Assembly (NCBI RefSeq): GCF_000400465.1
Contig: NW_008806285.1
Coordinates: 20,001-268,000, forward strand
DNA length: 248,000 bases
Origin: Wallemia ichthyophaga EXF-994
Taxonomy: Eukaryota > Fungi > Basidiomycota
Direction: 5' to 3'
Below, piece by piece: positions 154,547-167,799 of this stretch (position 1 is its first letter; the number at the start of each line of letters is the position of its first letter). The notes below the pieces were generated by a model. It saw only the letters and a program-made list of their open reading frames with translations. It made no database searches and was not told the origin of the DNA. The translations under genes were made by a program, and so were the position numbers.

Positions 154547-154737
154547 ATCCTCTCTGGCCTTTTGGCTTAGATCAAGTGTAGTATCTGTTCTTCCAAGTTC
154601 GAACAACTTGGATCGCATAACTTATGCGACAAACGTTCGATCTAATTTTTATCCGCGTCCAGTCGCCCTCACTGCTTGCATAGGATGGCTGGAAGATGGC
154701 CTTGCGTTGCACTACCGCATGTGCCGTCAGCGCTCTC
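154547..154737 (+). ncRNA. U2: U2 spliceosomal snRNA
   Basis: GGCCTTTTGGCTTAGATCAAGTGTAGTATCTGTTCTT with branch-site GTAGTA; Sm site AATTTTT; loop IV TTGCACTAC; TATAAAA ~30 bp upstream. Confidence 0.95.
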
Positions 154738-155009
154738 TTGCTATCTCTATAATCTTCACATATTTTGCCATGTCTCTGTTGCTTTTAGCAGTGTTGACTT
154801 GATGAACTGTGTGGCGATGTAGAAGATTTGCCGCTATGTATTATACCCGATATACACGTTTTGTTTATTTCTTTAATGCTTACAGTGATCAAGCACACTT
154901 GCTTAAGTGGTCGGCGCTACTCGACTCTGGTGAAGCCACAGTCAACAGTACGTTCATACCGCTTCTTTTAACCGCCTCACACTCCCGCAGCAGACTGAAG
155001 CTCTGGCTT

Positions 155010-156291
155010 ATGTCTCGCATTCTACAGATCCGTGGTTTAATCTCGCATTTGAAGACTGGTAAGAAGCCATCGGAGACGAAGGCTAGCACACTGACGGACA
155101 AGACAGGTTATTCAGAACATCCAGCAAACCTTCACATGTGCTCTATTTGTATAAAAACTCACCGTCTGTCATTATTGGGCGTAATCAGGTGCGTGTGAAG
155201 ACCGTGAAGACTGTTAGTTGCACTTTTTGACACAAACAGAATCAATGGAAAGAAATTGATCTCAAGACGTTGAATAGACTCAATATCCCATTCGTCAGAC
155301 GGCGAAGTGGCGGCGGTACAGTCTTCCATGTACGTAGGTCTTTGAAGGGTGATTTAGTGCTTACGCAAGTCGCAGGATTTGGGAAACACCAACTACAGTG
155401 TAATGATGCCTCAATCGGTATTCAATCGGAGAGATAACGCTCAGTTGGTGGCTAGTGCTCTCAATGAGCTCAGCGTACCAGCAGTCGTCAACGAGCGCAA
155501 TGATATCGTTGTAGACGGCTACAAGGTATCTGGATCTGCATTCAAATTGACCAGTTCGCGCGCTTACCATCATGGAACAATGTTGCTGGATTCCAACATC
155601 AAAACACTTTCACAAGCGCTCAAGAACACAAACGTGAGTCTCATTCAATGCTATAATGTACGTGCTAAATTAACTCAGCAATCAATGGTCACCAAAGGTG
155701 TATCATCTGTTAGATCGCCGGTGAAGAACATAATCGAATGGCAGCCACACATTACGCACGACACATTCGTCGCAGCGGTTATAAAAAAGTTCGAAGAGCA
155801 TCACAAGGTTGACAAGAAGATTATTGTAGGTAGACCGCCCTCCAAGTCACGACTATTGACAATGTTTTAGGTGTCGGACATTGACGAGAACATTTTGAAA
155901 GAAGATGGCGGTAACCAGATACAGAAGCTGAAAGATGAGCTTCAGGTGGGTTCAGTGTATGTAAGTTATGCAAAAGCGTTAACCTCTTGACAGGAGTGGG
156001 ATTGGCACTACGGACAGACACCGGAGTTCACCAACACGCTCTCAACGATAATTGAAGGAACTGAAATTGTCGGTACTGTTTTTTGAAAGCTTTTCATTCT
156101 AATAAGTCTCAAAGACAGCGGAAATTACGGCAAAGCAAGGCAAAATCATTAAGATGAATGTGAGCGGTTTCTCAGAGGACGTTGGAAAGCAATTCATCGG
156201 GAAGAAGTACGCATTTATACAAGTAGAGGATATAGCAGCTTCCAGTGAGATGGATAGAAGTGTTGTAGAATGGCTGATTGAATGCATGTAA
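155010..156291 (+). CDS. Lipoate-protein ligase / lipoyltransferase
   Basis: RRRSGGGTVFH, YKVSGSAFK, HHGTMLL, VSSVRSPV. Confidence 0.88.
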
Positions 156292-156752
156292 AGAGGAGAA
156301 TAAATGTCAGAATCAGAGAAAGAAACAGATTAGAGATAACCATTTACTGCAAATCTCCAATTCTAATTATTATAGCCTTGCTAAAGCACTCACAACGACG
156401 TGGATAGGCGTCAGAGGTGAGGAATAATGAAGGCATGTAAAGAAACACACGCAGCTTTAAACAGAAACAAAGAAATACATCAAATGCATCAGATACTTAC
156501 AAAAGATGTTTCCTGCGTGTGAAGCTACCGATCAACCAAGACGACCACTAGACAAATGCACGGGAATTGCTATAGCACAAAAGCATAGCGAATATTGCAA
156601 ACTTTTATGCTTATTATCCGCAATATATTGTGCTGGTTTTCAAGGAAGAAAATAACATAAATCTTGCGCGTGATGAATTTTTAAAAAATGGCGTGCCCAG
156701 CTCAGAGCTCAGAGGAGAAGAGTTTTCTAGCGGACCGCCATTAGCCTCAAAA

Positions 156753-157236
156753 ATGAAATTCAGCAGAGATGTTTCTTCAAGTCGCAGGGTAAACCGCAAG
156801 GCTCACTTTGCCGCTCCATCTTCAGAGCGTCGCAAATTGATGGCTTCTTCTCTCAACAAGGAACTTCGTAAGGAGCACAACATCCGCTCATTGCCTATCC
156901 GTAGAGACGACGAGGTTCTCATCGTCAGAGGCTCTAACAAGGGTAAGGAAGGCAAGGTTGTCCAAGTTCAAAGAAACAAGTTCGCCATCTTCGTTGACAG
157001 AGTTCACCGCGAGAAGGCAAACGGTCAAACCTCTCCAACTCCAATTCACCCATCAAGCGTCGTCATTACCAACTTGAAGCTCGACAAGGGACGTATGGCT
157101 ACTATTGAGAGAAAGTCCGTTGCAAAGAAGGCTGCTCTTGAGGCTCGTAACCAAACCAAGGATGTTAACATGTCTAACGCCGTACGTTTCTTTCCTCCCC
157201 TTTGACTTTAAATTCTTACTCACTTTCCTCAGTAAA
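156753..157236 (+). CDS. RPL26: 60S ribosomal protein uL24 (L26)
   Basis: [22 protein letters not shown]. Confidence 0.95.
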
Positions 157237-157765
157237 TTTTATAAGTTACGCTGCAAATTTACTTTGTCATGTATTGAAGGAACATGCACGAATACTAGGG
157301 CTTAATTTTTGGATTGGTTTTGGTGACTCGTTTTATGGGTTTTTAAGCCATTAGACGTATTCACCGTTGAGTAGATTTTATGGCTATCACGTCGATTGGG
157401 GTGGGGTGACTTAAGGGCATTTGATGAAAAGCGGAAGCTTAGCAGATACTGGAATCAGACAGGTTTTCTCTAGCTTAAGTGCATCAGCTACATAGGTCAG
157501 ACTGCATCGCCCGTCTCCCACTGACAACAGTAAATTCTTAAGCCATCTTGAGTGCCTTTGTGATTCGACTGTTGTTCTATGAACAATCTGAGATATTGGA
157601 AATGCAGTACTTTAAACGAAATATTAGCTTGTCAAATGTTTAGCACCCTTATCACCTCATTCAATGATTTAAATGGCAATGCATATCCCGGCTTAACACT
157701 TGCTGCCTTGTTGGATAGTCGCAATACCACTTTATCACTTGTTGAACCATATCAATCATCGAAAA

Positions 157766-158700
157766 ATGTCCGAAAACAACCAGAGAGAGGCTGTGGTACG
157801 TCTTAATGGAGTATCACTACCTATACATCTGACAAGCGTACAAGTTCCCAACCAGAATGGTACTAAACGTCATGAATCACGTTGTTGATTAGCTGACGAG
157901 AAACGCAGGCTTTAACCAATACCAAGAACAGACTAAAGGGAGCACAAACTGGTCACTCACTTCTCGCTAAAAAGAGAGACGCTCTCATGATTCGATTTAG
158001 AGCGATTCTCAAGAAAGTCGAAGAGGTTGGCATTATATTGTACACGAGCAGAGCTAGGTTGACAAAATCCAGGCTAAACTTAAGATGGGTAAAGTTATGC
158101 AAGTTGCAGCATTTTCATTAGCAGAAGTTAACTATGTCGCTGGAGATATATCTTATCAAGTACAAGAGAGTGCCAAGAGACCGCAATTGACAGTGAAAGC
158201 TAAGCAGGAGAATGTTTCTGGTGTAACATTACCAGGTTTTGAAATAGAGCGTGAACAATCAAACGAATTCTCACTTACTGGACTGGGAAGAGGTGGTCAG
158301 AAGATACAGAAGTGCAAAGAGACGTACGCTAAAGCTATTGAAACGCTTGTGGAATTGGCATCGCTGCAGGTATTTCATAAATACTCAAGCAGGTACTCTA
158401 TTGACATTAATTCAGACTGCTTTCATGATACTTGATGATGTTATCAGAGTCACAAATAGGCGTGTCAATGCGATAGAACACGTTGTACTTCCAAAACTTG
158501 AGAATACAATCAAATATATCAACTCAGAGCTTGATGAAATGGACAGAGAGGAATTCTTTAGGCTCAAGAAGATTCAATCCAAGAAGAAGAAGGGTGGAGA
158601 CTCAGAGCAAGATACCATCGACCAAGGAGAATACACGCAAGACCAGGCAGGCGGTGCAGACATATTAGATCAAGGAAAAGATGAGGATGTCATTTTCTAG
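157766..158700 (+). CDS. VMA8: V-ATPase subunit D
   Basis: LLAKKRDAL, TNRRVNAIEHV, EEFFRLKK. Confidence 0.94.
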
Positions 158701-158727
158701 TATTGTATCTTCTGTTTGATAGCACTC

Positions 158728-161138
158728 ATGGACATTTTCTTGAACATTTCCAGAATCTGTCCAAACGATACAGCAAAGGTTACAGAGGCTTCCAGGAATC
158801 TAGCCGATAGTCTTCGTACTTGTTGGTCTCAGCTATTCAGCCCGAGCTAGCTGACTGATATGACCCAGCTGAGCGGAGAGATCAGTTAAGCTGTGTGGAA
158901 GATATACTTGAAGCACTCAATCTACAATTCAAGCAGACGACTGCTATCGACGACGATATCTCCCAGCTCGAGAGACTGACACAGCTGTACAGGGTAACAG
159001 CTAACATCTGTCTCGATAGCAGTGAGTTGCTAGCGAAATGCGTCATATTTAGAATACTGATAGTGTTTTTGTTCCCAGACACCAACAGACAAAAGTTAAT
159101 CGATGCCGATGTTGATATCTCCGCTTTGGGGGTACTCAAATCACTCACACCCCAACAAATCTCGAGTCAGCCATACGCATTCATGCTTAGGGCTGCTTTT
159201 GGCACTCTAATAAATCTCAGCCAAGACTACTGTAAGGGCGTAATCGCTTTACATGTTCTCATCTGATAGGTACACAGCTCCTTCCCAAGAACGCCTTAAC
159301 AACCACGACACTCTGCCGATAGTGGTCAAATTTCTCAACAGACGCAATATTCAAGCGAATGACTCTGCTACAGCTGTTACCCATTCTTATATTTATGAGT
159401 GGGGATGGCGAATCGTTAACAATCTACTATCGACTGGTGAGTTTGGGATGCGCATTCAAACATAAGCTCATCTTTAAGAAGAAAATGCTAAAATTGAGCC
159501 TGGAAGCACTGAGGTAGATGCTCTATGTTCTTGGGTGGAAGCATTTTACAGCCAATCAATTGAAGAGTGAGTATCTAGTTGGGTGAGAGCTTTTTTGACA
159601 CTTAGCAGTGAATATGCTGGATTAGAAGATGAAGATGAGTTGCAAGCAGTATATGAGGAAGACTTATCTTCTTTGGAGAGTGCAACGCTGCTATTAGAAA
159701 CATTCGCGTTCGATTCTGAGGCCGCACGTCTTTTACTTGCTCAAGAAGAGAAACTTGATGTTCTGTTGTCTTTTGCAGAGACTCGTGAGCTTCCAAGAGC
159801 ATTAGCAGCTAGTGCAGATCAGAGCTCAGTGGAGGAGTGGTCTAAAATTTATGAGGAGTGCAAGGCTGCTGTTGGGAAATGTGTTGTCGGTATTGCTAGT
159901 TAGTTCGCATTTCTAGCTACTGCCTCTTTCGTCGTCTAACGCACATCGCAGGTGAAGATCAGCTGATGAGCTTCTTCTTTGACAACGGCAGAGCACCGTT
160001 TGTGCAAAGGATGCTGAGATGGTTGGAAAGCGATTTGCAGAGACTCAACATTAGTGGTAGTGAGTTTTTATCAAGTACTAAATGCTTTGCTGACAATAGT
160101 AGCTTTGGCTATTGGAAACTTGGCAAGATCTGGTAAGTGCGTGGACAAATTCAGTGTCCAAACTAACAGCCGACCAGAGGAGAATTCTATCATAGCTGTG
160201 AAACAATTCAAGATTATACCACGCCTCGTACAATTGCTCCGAGACGATGATGTGAAGGTATCTCATGCTTCCATGTGTCTACTGAAGAATCTATCGCTGC
160301 CTGCGTCTAACAAGGACGAAATTGGTGATAGTGGGGCAATGGAAGCAGCTCAAAAGTTTCTATCGCTCAGCTTTTCGCACGTACAGCCTCTTCAATTTGC
160401 GACCGTTGGCTTTTATAAGCACTTGTGTACGCAACAGTGTGAGTTATCGTTACTGAATGCGTATAGGCTGTCTAATGTGATTCAGTTTGTAACACACTCA
160501 CAATTGTGAATCACGAACCGTCTATACTCGACTCAGTGCTTGTTCTGATCAGCAAAAGTGATGACGCAGGTGTAAAGAGTGAAGGAACACGTATATTGGT
160601 GCATGGAATCAAATCTTGTTGGATTTCTGCAGGCGAAAAGGCTCAATATGCCAGATCAAAGTTCACGAGCCATCCTGTTGCAAAAGCTTTAGTGGAGTTG
160701 TTGTGCAATTACCGTAGATACCAGATCTGTAAGTGTCGTGTGTGTCTAGTTCACATCAGCTAACTCTCAATAGTGATCAACGAGGCCGTCATGGGTCTCA
160801 CTCTGCTTGCATCAGAACGTAAAGGTGCTGACTACATACTCGCAGAGACTTCCAAGCTAGCACCAGCTATCAAACAAGTATTGGAGGATGAGAAAGAGAT
160901 CAATAAGAAGGTCAAGCTCAACGTCTGTATTCTCTACTCTAATCTAGTCCTGAAACAGACTCAGGAAAATTCAAACGCTAAGCAGCGTGAGTGCGGTGAT
161001 ACATTTCTAAATAATATGACTCACTGTAATACAGTCAAAGGCCTTCTCGAACAAGACATAAAGAGTTTGTGTGACGATAGCGATAACGAGTTATCCAAGA
161101 CTGCTTCAACGGTATTGTCAGCTACGACTTGGAGCTGA
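158728..161138 (+). CDS. ARM-repeat SmgGDS/Bem4-like protein
   Basis: ARM repeats: ALAIGNLAR, LLKNLSLP, KSEGTR. Confidence 0.7.
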
Positions 161139-161219
161139 TGTGGCTAAAATAATTAATTTACTTTAAGAGTATTATTGTTTATCTAAATGCATTTGCTGAC
161201 TGCCTTCACAAATACAATC

Positions 161220-161825
161220 ATGTTCTCACTGTTAAAAAGATCAGCAGGATTATCTAATAACATTAGAACATTCTCATCAACTAGATTCAATAAGGAAACA
161301 GCTGGTGCACTAACTTCTGTTCTATCAGATACTGATGCCTTGCAAATACAATCAATTGGAAAATCAGGCTTAACGTTTAGTGATGGCAAAGTATGCAAAG
161401 GACCTGTGATAGTCGTTGATAATAAGATATTTTTGTGGAAAGTGCCTACGCCTACCATGCCATTCAACTGGGGTGACGCTATACCCAAGGAAGCGTTCAA
161501 GATGTTTGAAACGTTGACACCTAGACCAGGTGGGTTTAGAGCTTGTAAAAAGACCATTCTAACTCAATCATTCAGAAATATTGCTTCTTGGTACTGGAAA
161601 GAGCATGCTCCCACCACCACCAGCTTACACCAAATATCTCAATAGTTTGGGTATACAGGTGGATATTATAGATACTGTGGGTTATATTTGGCACTAGAAT
161701 GTGATTTTGCTGACGTGCAACACAAGAAAAACGCTTGCTCTACATACAACGTTCTCGTGGAGGAGGATAGAAGTGTGGCAGCAGCATTGTTCCCGATAGA
161801 TGGCTATGAGTGGACGAAGAAATAG
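161220..161825 (+). CDS. NDUFAF3/Mth938-like complex I assembly factor
   Basis: GLTFSDG, RPEILLLGTG, NACSTYNVLVEEDR. Confidence 0.85.
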
Positions 161826-161929
161826 CTGGAAAGTATTAAAGCAATTACTAGCATCCCCTTAACAAATATTTAGTGACTACAATATGATCAGATAGTGTTT
161901 AGATGACGTCTACGCTATATTAATTACTT

Positions 161930-163709
161930 GCATTGCGGTTAATTGAGTGCATCCAGGAAATTTCCATTGAAAGTCTTATCAGAAAGCCTCTCCATAACAG
162001 ACTCACGCGCTCTTTGTCTCACTTGTATTGCATCATGCTCACTTAGATTGAAAATATCGTTCATTCGCTCAGAGAACTCCTTCACTTCACGCGCATGATA
162101 ACCTTTTGGGTGTGAGAGATTATATCAGCGGTAGGAGAATTACCCACCAGTCTTTGATCCCTTGTAGTCTACGATAATGTCGAGCAATGGGCCGGCCGAG
162201 GCATGAGCAAGTGGTATCAGTCCAGCAGCCTGGAGAGGATTGTTAGTATATGCTCAGTATGAATTATTGCTATAGTTACCATATATTCTACTACATTTAT
162301 ACCGAAATGCTCGTCAACCATTGTATTGATACCGATGCTTGCAGTTGATAGACTATGCAGCAGCACTTTAAAGGAAGCATTCACGATGAATTCAGTGCTA
162401 GACTGTTTGGTATTAGAAAAGTAAAGCATCGCTGGTTGTGATAGTGGACCTACATCTACACCCAAAGACTTAGCTAGCGACTTTAGATGTTCTACTCTAT
162501 TCAAGTCATCCTGATTACGTGCACTTCCAAGTAAAATCAGTTTAGAGTCTTTGTGGTTTGTATGTGAGTCTCGCAATTCTTTGAATGCCTTTATTTGAGT
162601 ACTGTGAGCTTTCTCAGGCCTATATGTGGTTAGTGGTGGGACTTCCAATGTTTATACATGACGTACCTGAATTGCGCAACGCATAAAATACTTTTCCGCC
162701 TTCCCTCTAACGAAAAATCCCTCAAAGCGACCGTATCACAAGGCGGATAGACGACTTTGACCTCACGGTTGATTAGATTGCGAATGTGATTACCAGTCCA
162801 GCTTGAATTGGCCATATTGACATCACAAGTTTTAAGGCAGAATGAGTAAGCACTAATGAGAGCGTGATAGTATCTGCTTGTGTTAGTCTGAGCTGATGCA
162901 AAGTAGCGCATCTCACATAAGCTTCCCCCGACTTAAAATATTTGAGGAGGTGATAGTTGACGAGTTTGTGATATCATTATGGCGCTTTTCTACTCTGGAG
163001 ACCATGTCTGAGCTGGTGGAACTGGTCAATGCCATGCAGGAGACATACAAAGAACTCACGATATCGTTGGATAATGAGTATAGGCAACGATACGTGCCCT
163101 TGATTTAACTAGCCTAACAATTGGGTATGTGAAAGCGTAACCCATAGTATCTAATGCAAATTTTGAGCTTGAAATTAATGTGAAGGGGTATACCAACCTA
163201 TGAAGACAGAGAAATCATTTTTACGATATAGAGCCTCGATAATCAATATAGTACTGCCTATCGCTTGGCCCAGTAAGGTGAAATAAGGCCAGGACTTATC
163301 ATCTACGAGGAAACGACAGCGAAGTCTGACGAAATGAATCGTCTGTGGGTTTAAATCTATTGACATTTTGGTCTGATTGAATAATTGAATACAAGTTTTA
163401 TGCTCAACGGTGCCCAACTCACTTTGGCATTGTTTATAAGCGTTTGCTTCGAATCAGAGTCACCGGTGTAAACGAGTACATGAATGTTGGGAGTGAGTGA
163501 TTGTATACCTTGTATAGCAGTCCAAAGAACTCGCTCACCGCCACCGCCTGCGTTGCTGAGGTATGGGTTCAGCTATCGGATCCACCGCCAATGCACACGA
163601 CAAACCAATAAGGATGGAAGAATGCAATATTGCTGCCGATGTTTCGGCTTCTTTTAAAGATGAAAATTGAGAGAATAATTACTGAAATTGAAGCCGTTAT
163701 CAGCAGCAT
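161930..163709 (-). CDS. ALG11: Alpha-1,2-mannosyltransferase Alg11
   Basis: NIAFFHPY..AGGGGERVLW, AQFRPEK, EHFGINVVEY. Confidence 0.92.
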
Positions 163710-163732
163710 AATGTTGATTGATTACTATCAAC

Positions 163733-165128
163733 ATGTCAAATCGCAGGGATGTTGGCAAAATAGCAGTTGATCGTTAGTGCGCTTATAATATCAAGTGAAA
163801 TATTTAATTTTAATCCAGTTATGGCTTTCGCTGCTGGACAAGTAAGCCTTCAATCCCAACGCCTTTAAATGGCTTACGTTTATAGGCTGTAATATTCTAT
163901 ACGCTTAGAGTGGGTGGCGTGCATCCGTATGATCAGTTTTCTGAACAATACCAGTACCTTCTTAACTCAAACGATCCACTCAAATCTAAGCGTCAAGGCA
164001 CCAAGAGTAAATCAACTCAGATTCTTGAAAGATTAGGCAGAAATAACGTTACTCTGAATGAATATGAAGGTGTGTATCGATTCACCTGTAAAGAATCATT
164101 CTCACCTCCCTCTAGAGGTCATCGCATGCGAGATCGTACTCCCAGAAGAGATCAGCACCACATTCGACGATATTGGTGGATTACAGCATATCGTTTCAAA
164201 CCTCAAAGAAAACGTCATCTACCCACTCAAATTACCTGGCTTATTCACCGGTGGCTCTAAGAATCTATTAAGTCCTCCAAGAGGCGTTCTTCTTTATGGT
164301 CCTCCTGGTTGCGGTAAGACTATGCTGGCAAAAGCTCTTGCTAGAGAGTCGAACGCTACCTTTATCAATATGCACGTTTCCACTCTGACTGATAAATGGT
164401 TCGGAGAATCTAACAAACTTGTCGCTGCTTTGTTCTCTCTCGCAAAGAAATGTCAACCTTCAATCATTTTCATCGATGAGATAGACAGTTTCCTCCGTGA
164501 ACGCGGTAAAGGCGATCATGAGGTTACAAACATGATGAAAGCTGAGTTCATGACGTGAGTTTGGTGTACCACTGCATAACTAATCTAATTCACCAACCTC
164601 AGCTTCTGGGATGGGCTTTCTAGTGAAGCAAATGATAGAATACTCGTTCTTGGCGCTACCAACCGCCCAAATGACATTGATCAAGCGATTCTCAGGCGTA
164701 TGCCTAAACGCTACCCTGTCAAAGTTCCAAATAATGATCAGAGAAAGAACATATTAAGTTTGGTGTGTTTGATTTTGACTTTGAAACTCACTCACATTCT
164801 TCAGATCCTCAAAGACTGCGCAATCAGCTCAAACTTTGACATCAATCAGCTAGTAGATATTACTACTGGACTGACAGGCTCAGATTTACATGAGCTATGC
164901 AGAAACGCAGCCATGATACCAATGAGAGAGTTGATGAGAAAGCATGATCCTAGCACACTAGAACAGGACATTGAAGTGGGTCTAAAAATTTTCTTTCTAG
165001 ACCATTAGCTAATCTTGACCAACAGAACATTAAACCAAGACAATTAAATATTGCAGATTTCACTACAGCATCAATGGAGAACGAAGACGACATGCCAGTG
165101 TACGATCCAAGTATAGACGGCAGGATAA
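163733..165128 (+). CDS. MSP1: AAA ATPase Msp1/ATAD1
   Basis: [27 protein letters not shown]. Confidence 0.92.
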
Positions 165129-165261
165129 GACAGATTAGTGATTCTTTAGGAGGCTTAGATTAATACACAGATTAGACTAATTTATACACCCAGCACTCTT
165201 CAAACAAGAATTTTGTAGTAATATCTGCATGAATGTACACCCAAATAATAAAATATCCCGC

Positions 165262-165980
165262 TTAACGGTTGGACTTGGCAACACGCTCAAGTTCATCCTT
165301 CTTCTTGATGGCGTATGAGTTAGATGAACCCTTTGAAGCGTTGATGAGCTCGTCAGCAAGACATTCAGAGACACTCTTGACGTTACGGAAAGCAGATTCA
165401 CGGACACCGATGGTGAGCAAAGCAATAGCTTGGTTGACACGACGGAGTGGTGAAACATCAACAGCTTGGCGACGAACGGTACCTTGGGAACCAATTCTGG
165501 TTGAGTCTTCACGTGGACCAGTGTTGACAACAGCGTCAACGATGGTTTGTAATGGGTTTTGGTCGGTGAGCAAGTGAATGATCTCGCAAGCGTGTTGAAC
165601 AATACGGACGGCCAATTGCTTCTTACCGTTGTTACGGCCGTTCATCATCAAAGAGTTGACGAGACGCTCAACGATTGGCATTTGAGCCTTCTTGAATTGC
165701 TTGTTGGCGTAACGACCAGCCGTGTGTGGGAGGTAGACTGGGTGACGGACTTGAATGTAGTCGGTAAGTGAGATGTCCTTGACTTCGACGCTATTGCACG
165801 GTTAGATAAATTTGACTAAAGAGTAAAGACCGACTCTTGGGCGTCCCACTTGCCGAAGAGCTTGACACCGGCAAGACCACCTTCTGGTGGAGCAGTAGCA
165901 GTGATCTAAGCTTTGTAAGAAACGTCTTCTCCAGCTACTAAACCACTTACTTCACTTGGGAGAGTCTTGACTGGGGCCAT
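165262..165980 (-). CDS. RPS5: 40S ribosomal protein uS7 (S5)
   Basis: [29 protein letters not shown]. Confidence 0.97.
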
Positions 165981-166238
165981 TTCTACAATCTAGAGGGGCG
166001 CAAGGCATTCGTTAGAATAGTATGCGGACTCCCGTACAATAGACATACTCAGGTGTACGCTATGCTTTATTAGCAGATATTTTGGTGTAGCCGCAAAACT
166101 CACAGTCCTCGCTAGGAGCAAGAAGGGTTGATAAAATTTCAAGGTGAAAAAGGCCTGGAAAAATTTATAAAAGTACAAAATGAATCTTAAATGGCTCTTT
166201 AGATTTGTTGAAGCAGTCATCACCCTCGTCTTGCTGCT

Positions 166239-166726
166239 TCATATCGCAAAACTGTGCCTACCTAATCCAACACAAGGTGATTTAGATCCTAGTACGGTGG
166301 CCGATACTGGGGCTGGTATGGTGGATGAAAGGGCATTGGCGCCGGTATTGGAGTGAAAGAATTCCTGTCTGCTTGCCAACCTGGATTGCGTTAAAGATGC
166401 GTAGTAACGCAGGCTGAGAGACTCACTGCAGATGTTACAGAACCAAATATGATCTGATCCAAATGGGATTATCGGTAGGAAGCAGAATTCAAACCATCTC
166501 CTTGACTGCAAGATGATTAAGCGATATTTTCAATGAAGTCAGCACTCAGCGCACCTTGAATGGAACGAGTGCACCGTTGTTGCAGTGTGGGCATAGCAGA
166601 GGCTGTGTAGGTTGTTGTCCATCTGGCTTTAACTTTACAGGACAGCTAACTGAACAGCCAATGAGCTAGAGCTAGCGACGCAGTGAGATCAAACCCACAA
166701 CTGAAGCAGAGTGGAATAAAATCCAT
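166239..166726 (-). CDS. Small zinc-ribbon protein
   Basis: MDFIPLCF; CPHCNNG; WFEFCFLPIIPF...WFCNIC. Confidence 0.7.
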
Positions 166727-166855
166727 TGCTAAAGCCCCTCAAAGAATGTATAACTTCTCAAGCTAATGGAAGTTGAATTAAAGCCAAGATACATTCATCA
166801 CGCTAGCATTTTACTGAATAATTTGTATAGAAATATACACAACCGTCTAATCAGT

Positions 166856-167471
166856 TTAAGCTGAAGTCAAACGACGTTGAGCAGCCACTTGACGCTTGTT
166901 ACCGTGGATCTTCTTTGGTTGGTTCACATCGACATCCTTGTTACGGGCAACTTGCTCGTCTGGAACAGCCAAGGTGATTTCAATGTGGCATGGGTTACCT
167001 TGGTAAGGGTTGATACGACCGTGAGCACGGTAAGTACGACGACGGGTTTTCTAAGCGTCTTGTAAGAATCTTCAAATTTTTTGCGCATAGCGCACAACTC
167101 ACTGGAGCAGCTTGAACGACAATGTGCTTAATCAAAAGTTCGTCAGTGTCAAGCGACTTAGCGTCAGCGTTGGCTTCAGCGTTCTTGAGTAATCTGAGAA
167201 CGTAGCCAATTGACTTGACTGGCCAACGACCTTGAGTGGTACCGTGGTTCTTAGCTTGAGCGGCTCTACCAACACCACCGTTGAAGCGACGGAATGGAAT
167301 GATATCCCTGTGCTCTTGGACATCACCGAGGTACTTGTAAGCCTTTGAAAGCTTCAAGCCGGTGAGAGCAGCAGCAACTTCACGGGTGTTCTTGAAGTGC
167401 GTACGCAAGTGCTGGCCACGAGCTTTGGCTGTCTTCTCTGGATTCTCAGCATTGTGTGCGTAGCGTACCAT
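166856..167471 (-). CDS. RPL17: 60S ribosomal protein uL22 (L17)
   Basis: [17 protein letters not shown]. Confidence 0.96.
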
Positions 167472-167799
167472 CTTGACTTCTTCGGTGTAGCTCGTCGAGA
167501 AAGGTGGCTTGAAGTTTTACCAGCTCAACTTAAAATGAAAATTATGAGAATAGAGCATCAAGAGGTTGTTTATCAGGCGTACTATTCATTATATAACCTG
167601 CTTTGTAAAATTCTAAAGCCTTTTTCTCTCATATTTCTGTTTGACTAGTCTTCCTGGTCAGCTATATGAATATTATTATTGTAGCTCATCAGCAGGGAAA
167701 TGCTGACTGGAATCTAATCAATTTGCTGCCCCATAACTTCCAGCCTAAACACTTCCGGTGAAGTATACGCAGCTTTGGTGCGGCTAATTGTATGAACGA

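Noticed and set aside
154530-154802. 90-aa ORF in the track
   Set aside because: It overlaps the U2 snRNA gene and is spurious.
157420-157525. TGATGA...CTGA downstream of RPL26
   Set aside because: Weak box C, no stem and no rRNA complementarity found.
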